Origin: Flavobacteriales bacterium
GTDB taxonomy: Bacteria > Bacteroidota > Bacteroidia > NS11-12g > UBA9320
DNA length: 64,000 nt
Assembly: GCA_020635355.1 (NCBI GenBank)
Contig: JACJZW010000001.1
Span: 369,633-433,632, forward strand
Reading direction: 5' to 3'
Within the stretch, counting starts at the first letter, position 1, and every line of letters begins with the position of its first letter. Position numbers and translations under genes: made by a program. Of the stretch, positions 54,603-64,000 are shown in pieces. The notes below the pieces were generated by a model that worked only from the letters and a program-made list of their open reading frames with translations, searched no databases and was not told where the DNA came from.

Positions 54603-55136
54603 ATGCTGGATTCACTCATCACCTCAAAAACCAGAGTAAAGCTTTTACTCCGCCTCTTCCTTAACCCAGATACCAAAGGTTATCTAAGAGGATTGGCTGA
54701 TGAGTTCAAGGAAAGTACAAATGCAGTTAGATTGGAATTAAACCGATTGGAAGATGCCGGCATGTTAATTTCATCCACCCGTGGCAATAAGAAGGAATAT
54801 AGTGCCAATATCAAACATCCTCTCTATCCTGACATTCAAAGCATTCTAAGGAAAATTACCGGGATAGATGAAATCATTGAACGGGTTGTTCGCCGACTTG
54901 GAGGGTTGAACCAGGTGTATCTTACCGGTTACCTTGCAAGTGGGTCAGATGATGCCTTGATCGATTTGGTTCTAATTGGCGCTGAGTTGGATTCATCCTA
55001 TCTCAACAATCTGGTCTCAAAAGCTGAACAGCTTATTAATCGAAAAATTAGAACGCTCCACATAAAACCCGAAGAGTTTGAGTCCTGGAAGGAATCATGG
55101 TCTCAAAAACTACTGTTGGTTTGGTCAGCTGAATAA
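54603..55136 (+). CDS. wHTH transcriptional regulator with a C-terminal nucleotidyltransferase-like region (polysaccharide-locus regulator, hypothetical)
   Basis: The N-terminal ArsR/MarR-like wHTH reads SKTRVKLLLRLFLNPDTKGYLRGLADEFKESTNAVRLELNRLEDAGMLIS. A GS...DxD-like motif (LASGSDDALIDLVLIG) follows. Confidence 0.45.
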   Translation: MLDSLITSKTRVKLLLRLFLNPDTKGYLRGLADEFKESTNAVRLELNRLEDAGMLISSTRGNKKEYSANIKHPLYPDIQSILRKITGIDEIIERVVRRLGGLNQVYLTGYLASGSDDALIDLVLIGAELDSSYLNNLVSKAEQLINRKIRTLHIKPEEFESWKESWSQKLLLVWSAE

Positions 55137-55183
55137 AACAACGACAACATTCGAATAATTCAATAAATCCTCTACATACGAAT

Positions 55184-56476
55184 ATGCAAGACGATAAAAA
55201 CTACATGATCAGCCTAATTGGCCTTGGCTACGTTGGTCTTCCCCTGGCGGTTGAATTCGCCAAAAAATTCCCGGTTATTGGTTTTGACATCAACCAACAT
55301 CGGATAAAGGAACTCGGCAACGGCCACGACAGCACGCTGGAAGTTGAAGATGACGTACTACAATCTGTGATTGCCCCATCAGCTGATGCTTCTCAAGGAC
55401 TTATTTTTAGTAGTAATCCAGAAGATTTGTCGCGGTGTAATGTCTTCATTATTACGGTTCCTACCCCAGTAGATAAGCATAACAAGCCTGATTTAACCCC
55501 ATTGGTAAAGGCAAGTGAAACCGTGGGAAAATATCTGAATGATGGTGACATCGTTATTTATGAATCAACCGTTTATCCCGGAGCAACTGAAGAAGAATGC
55601 ATCCCTGTTTTGGAACGCGTTAGCAACAAGATATTTAACAAGGATTTTTTCGTTGGATATTCTCCAGAACGTATCAATCCAGGTGATAAAGAACATACGG
55701 TAGCCAAAATTAAAAAAGTCACATCAGGCTCTACCCCATCCATCGGAAAGGAAATTGACGCCCTCTATCAACAGGTAATAACCGCCGGTACCCACTTAGC
55801 CCCGTCTATTAAGGTTGCCGAGGCAGCGAAGGTGATTGAGAACTCTCAACGGGATATCAACATTGCCTTCGTAAATGAACTCGCTAAAATCTTCAATAAA
55901 TTGGACATTGATACCCTTGATGTGTTGGAAGCTGCTGGCACCAAGTGGAACTTTCTTCCATTTCGTCCTGGATTAGTAGGTGGTCACTGCATCGGAGTTG
56001 ATCCGTTTTATCTGGCACAAAAGGCACAGGAAGTTGGCTATAATCCTGAAATCATCCTGGCCGGCAGAAGGATGAACGACAGCATGGGTAAGCATGTTAC
56101 CGAAGAAGTAGTTAAGCTGATGATCAAACGAGATATCCCTATCAAAGGTTCACGTGTTTTAATGCTCGGAATTACCTTCAAAGAAAACTGTCCGGATATT
56201 CGGAACACCCGTGCCATTGACATCATTCGGGAATTGCAGGAGTATGAACTGAATGTAGACGTTTACGACACCTGGGCAGATGCCAACGAGGTTAAACATG
56301 AATACAACCTTCAATTAGTTGACAACCCAATTTCAGGCTCGTATCAGGCCATCATTCTTGCTGTTTCCCATCGAGATTTTGCCAACTTGAATTTAGATTC
56401 GCTAAAAGCCAACAAATGTGTGGTTTTTGACGTAAAAGGTGTCTTGCCTAAATCTCAGATAGATCGAAGACTGTAG
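55184..56476 (+). CDS. Nucleotide-sugar dehydrogenase (UDP-GlcNAc/UDP-ManNAc 6-dehydrogenase; TviB/WbpA/WecC family)
   Basis: The NAD-binding N-terminus is present (MISLIGLGYVGLPLAVEFA). The catalytic Cys region is present (GLVGGHCIGVDPFYL). It is 430 aa. Confidence 0.85.
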   Translation: MQDDKNYMISLIGLGYVGLPLAVEFAKKFPVIGFDINQHRIKELGNGHDSTLEVEDDVLQSVIAPSADASQGLIFSSNPEDLSRCNVFIITVPTPVDKHNKPDLTPLVKASETVGKYLNDGDIVIYESTVYPGATEEECIPVLERVSNKIFNKDFFVGYSPERINPGDKEHTVAKIKKVTSGSTPSIGKEIDALYQQVITAGTHLAPSIKVAEAAKVIENSQRDINIAFVNELAKIFNKLDIDTLDVLEAAGTKWNFLPFRPGLVGGHCIGVDPFYLAQKAQEVGYNPEIILAGRRMNDSMGKHVTEEVVKLMIKRDIPIKGSRVLMLGITFKENCPDIRNTRAIDIIRELQEYELNVDVYDTWADANEVKHEYNLQLVDNPISGSYQAIILAVSHRDFANLNLDSLKANKCVVFDVKGVLPKSQIDRRL

Positions 56477-56526
56477 CCACAATCTTAGAAACAACTATTA
56501 TTGAATAGCTGATTTGATAAAGTAAC

Positions 56527-56676
56527 ATGGAGTTCTTAAAAGACATTATCCGATTTGTCCTTCAACGTAAGAAATTTTGGTTAGCCCCGGTAATAATTCT
56601 ACTTATCATTCTTGGGGTTTTATTAGTTATTGGTGGCGGTTCAGCCGTCGCTCCTTTTATTTACACCTTATTTTAG
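56527..56676 (+). CDS. DUF5989 family small membrane protein (SxtK-like), 49 aa; missed by the >=60-aa ORF track
   Basis: The translation is MEFLKDIIRFVLQRKKFWLAPVIILLIILGVLLVIGGGSAVAPFIYTLF*. It has one TM and the characteristic ...APFIYTLF C-terminus. Confidence 0.65.
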   Translation: MEFLKDIIRFVLQRKKFWLAPVIILLIILGVLLVIGGGSAVAPFIYTLF

Positions 56677-56682
56677 ACACTA

Positions 56683-57084
56683 ATGAAGGAAATTATTCAA
56701 ATCCCTCAAACCAAGGCAGAAAAACTCAAAAGTGTCCTAACAGTTGTGGTGGTTTTCGCTACCCTTGGTTTATTAATTCAACGGTCCCAACCTGACTTGA
56801 GCAGATATCTAATCATCATAGGTACAGGCATTGGATTACTAACCTTGTTCAATAACCTAATTCTTGATGCTTTCATCTGGATTTGGTATTCTATCGCTTC
56901 AATACTCGGATTTGTCGCTTCCCAAATCTTACTTACCTCAATATTCTATCTTTTTCTATTTCCTATAGCGCTGCTCAGCAGGCTTACATCAAAAGACCCT
57001 CTTCGGCTGAGGAAACCTGAGCTTTCCAATTATATTGAACGAAACCATACTTATCATGCCGAGGATCTTAAAAATATTTGGTAA
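56683..57084 (+). CDS. SxtJ-like membrane protein
   Basis: It is 133 aa with 3-4 TM segments. It sits in the conserved position between the DUF5989 and carbamoyltransferase genes. Confidence 0.55.
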   Translation: MKEIIQIPQTKAEKLKSVLTVVVVFATLGLLIQRSQPDLSRYLIIIGTGIGLLTLFNNLILDAFIWIWYSIASILGFVASQILLTSIFYLFLFPIALLSRLTSKDPLRLRKPELSNYIERNHTYHAEDLKNIW

Positions 57085-57089
57085 CCAAA

Positions 57090-58961
57090 ATGGCAAAGTA
57101 CATTCTTGGCATTTCAGCGTTTTACCACGACTCCGCTGCCGTCATTCTGAAAGACTGCGTAGTAGTAGCAGCGGCACAAGAAGAGCGTTTTACCCGTAAA
57201 AAGCACGATCCATCATTTCCTGTACAAGCAATTAAGTATTGTTTAACGGAAACAGGTAAATCCCTTGATGATCTTCAATACATCGTCTTTTATGATAAAC
57301 CCCTTTTGAAACTCGAGCGATTGTTGGAAACCTATTACGGCTTTTCTCCGAAAGGATTGAATTCATTCATACGATCCATGCCCGTTTGGTTGAAGGAAAA
57401 AATGTTCCTCAAACGATTAATCAGAGACGAATTAAAAAAGGTTGAAGTCTACAACTCGAAAAAGGCGCAACTCCTGTTTCCTGAACATCACCTTTCTCAC
57501 GCTGCCAGCACGTACTATCCCTCGTCATTCGAAGAGGCCGCAATTCTAACAATAGATGGTGTAGGCGAATGGGCAACAGCGTCTATCGCCCACGGCAAAG
57601 GAAAAGATATAACCATATTAAAGGAATTGAGGTTTCCTCATTCCCTTGGCTTGCTTTACTCTGCTTTCACCTATTTTCTTGGTTTCCGTGTGAATTCGGG
57701 AGAGTATAAACTAATGGGACTAGCCCCGTATGGAAACCCAGACTCAGAGCGTGTTAAGACCTACATCGATATCATCAAGAATGAACTCTTACAGATTTAT
57801 GACGATGGTTCACTTTGGTTGAATCAAAAGTATTTCAAATACGCAACTGGTCTTAGAATGGTGGATGATGCTTCATGGAAATCCTTATTTGGATTTGATC
57901 GAAGAGAACCCTCGGATTCTCTTGAACAACACCACTGCGATCTGGCATTAGCCATTCAAGCAATAACTGAAGAAGTTGTACTTAAGATGGCTATGGAGGC
58001 AAAACGGCTTACCGGTAGTGAATATCTGTGTCTTGCTGGTGGTGTAGCATTGAATTGTGTTTCCAATGGTAAATTAGTAAAATCAGGGATCTTTCGGGAC
58101 ATTTATATCACACCACCTTCTGGAGACGCTGGTGGCGCATTGGGTGCTGCCTACTGCGCTCATTTTATAACTGAACGCAACGAGCGACACATCGATCCAC
58201 AAAAATATGATGCCCTCTCGGGTGCATACCTTGGCCCAGATATTACAGATTCAAGCATTCGTCAAACTATTGGTAAGTACGATGCTGTTGGAATCGAATT
58301 TGCATCCTTTAATGAATTAGCGGAAGAAGCGGCAATACTGTTGGACCGAGGGAATGTTATTGGTTTTGTGCAAGGCCGCATGGAATTTGGCCCCAGAGCC
58401 CTGGGTGCCAGAAGCATTCTGGGAGATCCTCGGAATGAGGAAATGCAGAAAAAGCTCAACTTGAAAATCAAGTATCGGGAATCATTTCGGCCTTTTGCAC
58501 CCTCGGTTCTGGCTGAAGATTGTGAAAATTATTTCGACCACACTGGAACTTCTCCATATATGTTACTTGTTCAACCGGTTCAGAAGAGCTTGAGAGAATC
58601 TTTGCCTCAGGGTTATGCCTCGTTTGATCTACGGAATAAGTTATACTATAAGCGCTCTATTTTACCTGCTGTAACTCACATTGACTTTTCAGCACGCATT
58701 CAGACTGTTCATAAGGACACCAATCCTCGATATCACAAGCTGATATCTTCCTTCAAAAGTAGGACTGGCTGTGGTGTGGTTGTCAATACCTCGTTTAACG
58801 TGCGTGGAGAACCCATTGTATGTACACCGGATGATGCCTACCGTTGCTTCATGCGCACAGAAATGGATTATCTCATTTTAAATAATTTCCTATTCAAAAA
58901 AGAAGATCAATCTGCATGGGATAAGAAGGACAATTGGCAGGAAGAGTTTGTATTGGATTAA
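57090..58961 (+). CDS. Carbamoyltransferase (NodU/CmcH family)
   Basis: The N-terminal ASKHA-fold block is present (MAKYILGISAFYHDSAAVIL...AAQEERFTRKKHD) with the C-terminal carbamoyltransferase domain. It is 623 aa. The start was moved to the ATG at 57090. Confidence 0.85.
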   Translation: MAKYILGISAFYHDSAAVILKDCVVVAAAQEERFTRKKHDPSFPVQAIKYCLTETGKSLDDLQYIVFYDKPLLKLERLLETYYGFSPKGLNSFIRSMPVWLKEKMFLKRLIRDELKKVEVYNSKKAQLLFPEHHLSHAASTYYPSSFEEAAILTIDGVGEWATASIAHGKGKDITILKELRFPHSLGLLYSAFTYFLGFRVNSGEYKLMGLAPYGNPDSERVKTYIDIIKNELLQIYDDGSLWLNQKYFKYATGLRMVDDASWKSLFGFDRREPSDSLEQHHCDLALAIQAITEEVVLKMAMEAKRLTGSEYLCLAGGVALNCVSNGKLVKSGIFRDIYITPPSGDAGGALGAAYCAHFITERNERHIDPQKYDALSGAYLGPDITDSSIRQTIGKYDAVGIEFASFNELAEEAAILLDRGNVIGFVQGRMEFGPRALGARSILGDPRNEEMQKKLNLKIKYRESFRPFAPSVLAEDCENYFDHTGTSPYMLLVQPVQKSLRESLPQGYASFDLRNKLYYKRSILPAVTHIDFSARIQTVHKDTNPRYHKLISSFKSRTGCGVVVNTSFNVRGEPIVCTPDDAYRCFMRTEMDYLILNNFLFKKEDQSAWDKKDNWQEEFVLD

Positions 58962-58964
58962 ACT

Positions 58965-60092
58965 ATGAAAAAGGTATTTCGATTGATTCTGATCAATTTT
59001 GCGGTCCTCGCAACGTTGCTGTTTCTCATTAACATCTTATGTTTAATTCTAATAAAATCTGAAGACGGAAACCCTTATCCATATAAAAACGCACGGAGGT
59101 CAGAGCTCAATAATAATGAAAAAGACAGTGCCTATAACCGACTTGTATATGATGAGTTTTATAAATTAACAACGATATATCAACCCTACGTTGTTTGGTC
59201 GAGAAATCCTTTTAAAGGCCAAACCACCACCATTGACTCCACGGGTGATCGAGTCACCCCTAATAATCCAATTAATTCATCAGATATTGAGACTAGAGTA
59301 CATTTTTTTGGGGGTTCAACAATGTGGGGTACAGGGGTTGATGATCTTGGCACCATACCCTCATTCTATCAACAAAAAAACCCTAATCACCTTAGTTTGA
59401 ATCATGGCGAATCTGGGTTTGTCTCAAGACAAAATTTGGCAAGATTGATCAATTTGGTTAATCAAGACATAGATATTGATCGAGTAGTTTTCTACGATGG
59501 CTTTAATGATATTCTAACTTTATGTCGAAGTGAAGTCGACATCAACTCTCATGACAGGGCTGTTCAAATAAACCAGTATATTAATGATGCTCAAGAAATA
59601 AAATCATCAAAACATCTTATTATGAAAGTATTGGATGTGGTATTTGTTCGGAATATACGTGGGTATTTCTTGAGTAAAAAGTCCTCAACATTATCGCCGA
59701 ATGAGTTTTATTCTTGTTGTAGTGATAGCATGAAAGTTCAGCAAGTTGCTAATACACTTGTTAATAATTGGAGAATTGCTCATGCAATATGCACTGCTCG
59801 CAATATAGAATTTCATGCCATTCTTCAACCTTCAGCCTATGTTGGTAATCCTACATTCGACCCAAGATTTGATCAATCAAGAAATGACTGTATACCGGAT
59901 GTCTCAAAAAAGATTTACTCGTTGGTTAGAAACGATTTGAAATTAGAGTCCTGGTTTCACGATTTTTCCAATATCTTAAACGATGGGAACGCTTATTACA
60001 TGGACGCATGTCATATTTCTGACCTGGGAAACAAGGTTGTTGCAGATTCTATCACAGCTTTGTTTGGGAAGACATCTATTAACGAAAATTAA
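58965..60092 (+). CDS. Membrane-anchored SGNH/GDSL-fold hydrolase-like protein (putative polysaccharide O-acyl/carbamoyl modification or esterase)
   Basis: There is an N-terminal TM segment. SGNH blocks are present in order: block I (HFFGGSTMWG), block III (VVFYDGFNDIL) and block V (DACHIS; DxxH). Confidence 0.55.
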   Translation: MKKVFRLILINFAVLATLLFLINILCLILIKSEDGNPYPYKNARRSELNNNEKDSAYNRLVYDEFYKLTTIYQPYVVWSRNPFKGQTTTIDSTGDRVTPNNPINSSDIETRVHFFGGSTMWGTGVDDLGTIPSFYQQKNPNHLSLNHGESGFVSRQNLARLINLVNQDIDIDRVVFYDGFNDILTLCRSEVDINSHDRAVQINQYINDAQEIKSSKHLIMKVLDVVFVRNIRGYFLSKKSSTLSPNEFYSCCSDSMKVQQVANTLVNNWRIAHAICTARNIEFHAILQPSAYVGNPTFDPRFDQSRNDCIPDVSKKIYSLVRNDLKLESWFHDFSNILNDGNAYYMDACHISDLGNKVVADSITALFGKTSINEN

Positions 60093-60101
60093 CAAGACAA
60101 T

Positions 60102-61160
60102 TTGAAACTACTTATCACAGGATCCGCGGGATTTATTGGATACCACCTGGTAGACCTTATGCAAGGTGAATCGAACCTTGAAATCATTGGCATTGATGAC
60201 ATTAATGACTATTACGATCCTCAACTTAAATATGATCGACTTACATCTCAGGGAATTCAGGTAGCGAATATTGAGTATGGCAAGCCGTTGACCAGCTCCA
60301 AATGGCCGAACTATACGTTCATAAAACTAAGTCTTGAAGATAGCGAGAAGCTCAAAGATTTGTTCGGTGGTGAGTCCTTCACCCATGTTTGTAATCTGGC
60401 TGCCCAGGCAGGCGTGAGATATAGCCTTGAAAATCCATACGCCTACATTGAAAGTAACATCATTGGTTTTACCAATATTTTGGAAAATTGTCGTCATCAT
60501 AAGATTAAACATCTTGCGTATGCGAGTTCATCCAGTGTGTATGGCCTGAATCAAACCATGCCATTCTCAGTTCATCACAATGTGGATCATCCTATTTCCT
60601 TATACGCAGCAAGTAAAAAGTCCAATGAATTAATGGCCCACACATACAGCCATTTGTTTGGTTTACCAACTACGGGTCTGCGGTTTTTTACAGTCTATGG
60701 GCCATGGGGCCGGCCGGATATGGCATTATTCCTTTTTACAAAGGCCATGTTATCCGGTAAACCAATCGACGTGTTTAATCACGGTAAAATGCGTAGGGAC
60801 TTCACCTATGTTGCCGATATTGTGGAAGGGATAAAACGGGTCATTCTGAATCCCGCCCAAGCAAATCCTTCATGGGACGGCAAAAAGCCCGATCCGGGCA
60901 CATCGGTTGCACCCTATCGGGTATATAACATCGGCAATAACAATCCGGTGGAACTGTTGGACTTCATTAAGGCGATTGAAAATAAACTCGGAATTGAAGC
61001 TGTGAAGAACTTCCTTCCCCTTCAAGCCGGAGATGTACCGGAAACGTATGCAGATGTTCAGGATTTGGAATCCGATATGGGATACAAACCTGCCACCAGC
61101 ATTCAAGAGGGAATTGATCGGTTTATAGACTGGTATCAGGACTATTACGGAGAAAAATGA
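60102..61160 (+). CDS. NAD-dependent epimerase/dehydratase (UDP-glucuronate/UDP-GlcNAcA 4-epimerase-like SDR)
   Basis: The Rossmann motif is present ([13 protein letters not shown]). The YxxxK region is present (YAASKKSNE). It is 352 aa. The start is TTG, with no in-frame ATG upstream. The stop overlaps the next gene's ATG in an ATGA arrangement. Confidence 0.8.
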   Translation: MKLLITGSAGFIGYHLVDLMQGESNLEIIGIDDINDYYDPQLKYDRLTSQGIQVANIEYGKPLTSSKWPNYTFIKLSLEDSEKLKDLFGGESFTHVCNLAAQAGVRYSLENPYAYIESNIIGFTNILENCRHHKIKHLAYASSSSVYGLNQTMPFSVHHNVDHPISLYAASKKSNELMAHTYSHLFGLPTTGLRFFTVYGPWGRPDMALFLFTKAMLSGKPIDVFNHGKMRRDFTYVADIVEGIKRVILNPAQANPSWDGKKPDPGTSVAPYRVYNIGNNNPVELLDFIKAIENKLGIEAVKNFLPLQAGDVPETYADVQDLESDMGYKPATSIQEGIDRFIDWYQDYYGEK

Positions 61161-62155
61161 TTGAACTAATAGCTGAAATCGGTCAGGCTCATGAAGGAAG
61201 TTTGGGGATTGCCCATTCCTACATCGATGTTCTTGCCGAAACCGGTGTCAATACAATCAAATGGCAAACACACATTGCCAATGCGGAAAGTTCTGAATAC
61301 GAGGAATTTCGCGTTAAGTTTTCGTACGAAGACCACAAGCGCATTGACTATTGGAAACGCATGGAATTCACTCCGGCCCAGTGGCAGGAATTGAAAGATC
61401 ATTGTGAAGACAAAGGGTTGGCTTTCTTGAGTTCTCCTTTTTCAATGGAGGCCGTGCGGTTGCTTGAGGAACTGAACGTTGATCGCTACAAGATTGGAAG
61501 TGGTGAGATAACCAATCTTCTGATGCTCCAGCAAATTGCTCAAACCGGCAAGCCAATCATTCTGTCCTCTGGTATGAGCTCATTTACGGAATTGGATGAA
61601 ACCATCGACTTTTTAAAGCCGTTTGGAAACGAACTTTCGATCCTTCAATGTACAACCAGCTATCCTACTCAACCGTCTGACTGGGGTTTAAATGTGATTC
61701 AGGAGCTCAAGAATCGATACCACTTAAAAACAGGTTTCAGTGATCATTCAGGAGATATTTACGCCGGTTTAACTGCCGTTGCCTCTGGTGCTGAGATTCT
61801 TGAATTTCACGCGGTATTTCACAAACAGATGTTTGGGCCTGATGCCAAGTCTTCATTAACCCCGGATCAAATAAGACGTTTGGCCGAAGGTGTTCGTCAA
61901 ATTGAAGAAGCCCATAATCATCCAATACAAAAAGAGGATAACCAGAGATTTACTTCTCTAAAACAAATATTTGAGAAGTCACTCGCTGTAAATCAATCCC
62001 TTAAGCAAGGAACTGTGTTGTCGATGGATATGCTGGAAGCCAAAAAACCTAAGGGTAAAGGAGTTGACGCCTCGAGATTTAAAGAACTTATCGGGAAGAC
62101 ATTAACCACCGACAAATCCCAATGGGACTTTATCCAAGAATCTGATTTGGAGTAA
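61157..62155 (+). CDS. neuB: Nonulosonic acid synthase (NeuB family: N-acetylneuraminate / legionaminate / pseudaminate synthase) with SAF domain
   Basis: The NeuB N-terminal block is present ([34 protein letters not shown]). The TIM-barrel region and a C-terminal SAF-like region follow. It is 332 aa. Confidence 0.8.
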   Translation: MIELIAEIGQAHEGSLGIAHSYIDVLAETGVNTIKWQTHIANAESSEYEEFRVKFSYEDHKRIDYWKRMEFTPAQWQELKDHCEDKGLAFLSSPFSMEAVRLLEELNVDRYKIGSGEITNLLMLQQIAQTGKPIILSSGMSSFTELDETIDFLKPFGNELSILQCTTSYPTQPSDWGLNVIQELKNRYHLKTGFSDHSGDIYAGLTAVASGAEILEFHAVFHKQMFGPDAKSSLTPDQIRRLAEGVRQIEEAHNHPIQKEDNQRFTSLKQIFEKSLAVNQSLKQGTVLSMDMLEAKKPKGKGVDASRFKELIGKTLTTDKSQWDFIQESDLE

Positions 62156-62156
62156 T

Positions 62157-63308
62157 ATGAGAAAGATTTGTGTTGTAGTCACTGCGCGCCCGTCCTACAG
62201 CAGGGTAAAAACCGCTCTGCAAGCGATAAAAGATCATCCGGATCTGGAACTACAGCTGGTAGTAGCAGCCTCCGCATTATTGGATCGATATGGTTCAGCG
62301 GTTAACTACATTATTCAGGACGGATTTGAGATTTCTGCTAAAGTATTCAATACCTTGGAGGGGGAGAATCTCACTGCCGCAGCAAAGACCACCGGAATCG
62401 GCATTCTCGAACTGTCATCTGTATTTGAAAATCTATCACCTGATATCATCGTAACCATTGCTGATCGGTTTGAAACCATGGCAACTGCAGTTGCCGCTAG
62501 TTTCATGAACATCCCACTTGCCCACATACAGGGTGGTGAAGTGACCGGAAATATTGATGAAAAGGTGCGACATTCCATTACCAAACTAGCAGATTACCAC
62601 TTCGTTGCGTCAAAAGGCGCCCTGGAGCGCGTACTTCGTTTGGGTGAACAGGAACAATTTGTTTTCAATACCGGATGTCCATCTATTGATTTGGCAGCCA
62701 ATGTGTTGAGATCTCCCGATCTGGACTTCGACCCCTTTGAGAAGTATGGAGGTGTAGGGGCTAGTTTCGACCATACCGGCAATTATTTGGTGGTCATGCA
62801 GCATCCGGTAACCACCGAATACAGCAGCTCAAAAAAAGACGTAACCGAAACACTGGAGGCCATAAACCATCTGGGCATTCCAACCTTCTGGTTCTGGCCA
62901 AATGTGGATGCGGGCTCCGACGGAACCTCCAGTGGCATCCGAACATTCAGAGAGAAGTTCAATCCCAAACACATTCACTTCTTCAAGAATATGGAACCCG
63001 AGGATTTTCTCAGGCTGCTGATCAATTCCAGTTGCCTGATTGGAAATTCCAGCGTGGGAATTCGGGAATGCGCTTACCTTGGTGTCCCCGTAGTCAATGT
63101 TGGCACAAGACAAAACAGACGAGATCGTGGAGAAAACGTGCAGGATGTTCAGTACCATCGAACAGCTATTGTCGATGCCGTTACACGCTGGATAGAAAGT
63201 CCTCGTCCAAGTACCTCCATGGTGTATGGAGGAGGTGACGCCGGCACGCGAATCGCCAACAAATTGGCCGAAGTACCCTTGGTATTTCACAAGACCATTG
63301 CCTACTAA
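62157..63308 (+). CDS. neuC: UDP-N-acetylglucosamine 2-epimerase (hydrolysing), NeuC/LegG family
   Basis: The N-terminal block ICVVVTARPSYSRVKTALQAIKDHPDLELQLVV is typical of NeuC-type hydrolysing 2-epimerases. It is 383 aa. Confidence 0.8.
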   Translation: MRKICVVVTARPSYSRVKTALQAIKDHPDLELQLVVAASALLDRYGSAVNYIIQDGFEISAKVFNTLEGENLTAAAKTTGIGILELSSVFENLSPDIIVTIADRFETMATAVAASFMNIPLAHIQGGEVTGNIDEKVRHSITKLADYHFVASKGALERVLRLGEQEQFVFNTGCPSIDLAANVLRSPDLDFDPFEKYGGVGASFDHTGNYLVVMQHPVTTEYSSSKKDVTETLEAINHLGIPTFWFWPNVDAGSDGTSSGIRTFREKFNPKHIHFFKNMEPEDFLRLLINSSCLIGNSSVGIRECAYLGVPVVNVGTRQNRRDRGENVQDVQYHRTAIVDAVTRWIESPRPSTSMVYGGGDAGTRIANKLAEVPLVFHKTIAY

Positions 63309-63992
63309 TTGAAACCCTTCATCCTAATACCAGCCCGGGGTGGATCTCAAGGAATTCCGGGTAAGAATATTAAGTTACTTAACGGTAAACCATTAATTGC
63401 CTATTCCATTGAACAAGGTTTGCAAGCCAAATGTGGTCCAGTAATCGTATCAACGGATGATTCGGAAATTGCAGCTATAAGCAGAGAGTTTGGTGCACAA
63501 ACTCCTTTTATCCGACCCGTTGAATTATCTACATCCACCGCTAAATCGGTTGATGTCATGATACACGCCGCACAATGGATGCGACAGTCCGATAGGCAAT
63601 TGGATACACTGATTTTACTTCAACCCACAAGTCCCTATCGTCCATCAGGAGTCATTGGAAAAGCACTTGAACTATTTGAAAAATCCAAGGTAAAGTCCCT
63701 CGTATCAGTGCGAAAGGTGCCGGATCATTTCAACCCACACTGGGTATTTTTACAGACCAACGAGAACAAGCTTACGCCGGCAATGAATGATGAAGTTTTC
63801 ATTTCCCGCCGTCAGGACTTACCCCTGTCCTATCACAGGGATGGTGCCATATATATCGTCAACATTGATTATATGATCACTCATCATCGCATTATTAGCG
63901 AAGATGTGATCGGTTATGCAATAGATAGCCCTGAATTGATCAATATTGATTCAGCCGCAGACTGGAAGATAGCTGAAACCTATATCAGATGA
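63309..63992 (+). CDS. neuA: Acylneuraminate (nonulosonate) cytidylyltransferase, NeuA/LegF/PseF family
   Basis: The CMP-sugar synthetase N-terminus is present (KPFILIPARGGSQGIPGKNIKLLNGKPLIAYSIEQ). It is 227 aa. The start is TTG. Confidence 0.8.
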   Translation: MKPFILIPARGGSQGIPGKNIKLLNGKPLIAYSIEQGLQAKCGPVIVSTDDSEIAAISREFGAQTPFIRPVELSTSTAKSVDVMIHAAQWMRQSDRQLDTLILLQPTSPYRPSGVIGKALELFEKSKVKSLVSVRKVPDHFNPHWVFLQTNENKLTPAMNDEVFISRRQDLPLSYHRDGAIYIVNIDYMITHHRIISEDVIGYAIDSPELINIDSAADWKIAETYIR

Positions 63993-64000
63993 TTGTTGCC

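Noticed and set aside
1-64000. CRISPR arrays, restriction-modification, toxin-antitoxin pairs or other anti-phage defence systems
   Set aside because: No repeat-spacer architecture with 25-40-bp repeats. No Cas, nuclease, methyltransferase-plus-endonuclease or helicase-nuclease pairs. The only helicase is a housekeeping DEAD-box RNA helicase. The short tandem repeats are 6-8-bp microsatellite-like arrays, not CRISPR.

Overview
This 64-kb window looks like a Bacteroidota chromosome segment. Supporting signals: a T9SS C-terminal sorting domain, TAnnTTTG-type -7 promoter boxes, no Shine-Dalgarno sequences, several TTG/GTG starts, and many OM beta-barrel and lipoprotein genes. Roughly 0-51 kb is mostly core and housekeeping genes, listed in order.

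- **Sulfur metabolism and stress:** a PLP cystathionine gamma-synthase/lyase gene, a PrsW-like protease fragment, and tandem MscS channel paralogs.
- **Cofactor and translation genes:** folE-queD, dapB-lepB-fmt, purC and mltG.
- **Transport:** two ABC modules.
- **Sigma factor and helicase:** an ECF sigma factor and a DEAD-box helicase.
- **Amino-acid and peptide catabolism:** HMG-CoA lyase, TDO/kynA, a Tat-exported pirin, a GlcD-like FAD oxidase, and DPP-IV with two POT peptide transporters.

From 51 to 64 kb there is a polysaccharide (capsule/EPS/O-antigen-like) locus, which runs on past the window end. It contains:
- Wza and Wzc.
- A wHTH regulator and a UDP-sugar dehydrogenase.
- An SxtK/DUF5989-SxtJ-carbamoyltransferase trio.
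- An SGNH-fold protein and an SDR epimerase.
- A nonulosonic-acid (NeuB/NeuC/NeuA-family) cassette.

I found no CRISPR array, transposase, integrase, reverse transcriptase, toxin-antitoxin pair or recognisable anti-phage defence system. One tRNA-Arg(UCG) is present. Its terminator and 3' end are duplicated in two tandem pseudo-copies.

The features most worth a second look are these.
- **Peptidase-barrel fusion:** a roughly 1050-aa protein fuses an M1 zinc aminopeptidase domain to an Omp85/BamA-like C-terminal beta-barrel. It sits in an operon with a lone LolD-like ABC ATPase, a lipoprotein and a small barrel. This could be a type-Vd-like secreted protease.
- **G-rich repeat family:** intergenic short tandem repeats occur throughout the window. 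They include (GGGATTC)n arrays that satisfy the G-quadruplex consensus, (GGTTCAGR)n arrays and a 2x ~106-bp direct repeat (plus a degenerate third copy) separating the two MscS paralogs.
- **Four-helix-bundle cassette:** a PF05635 gene is flanked by inverted octamer arrays.
- **Membrane operon:** five membrane-protein genes of unknown function are co-transcribed with a small wHTH regulator gene.
- **Wzc tail:** the tyrosine-rich C-terminal tail is expanded to about 21 tyrosines and encoded by a hexanucleotide microsatellite.
- **mltG pairing:** a DUF3524 (GTDC1/QTMAN-like) glycosyltransferase gene is translationally coupled to mltG.

Every functional call rests on motif and domain recognition by eye. 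I ran no searches.
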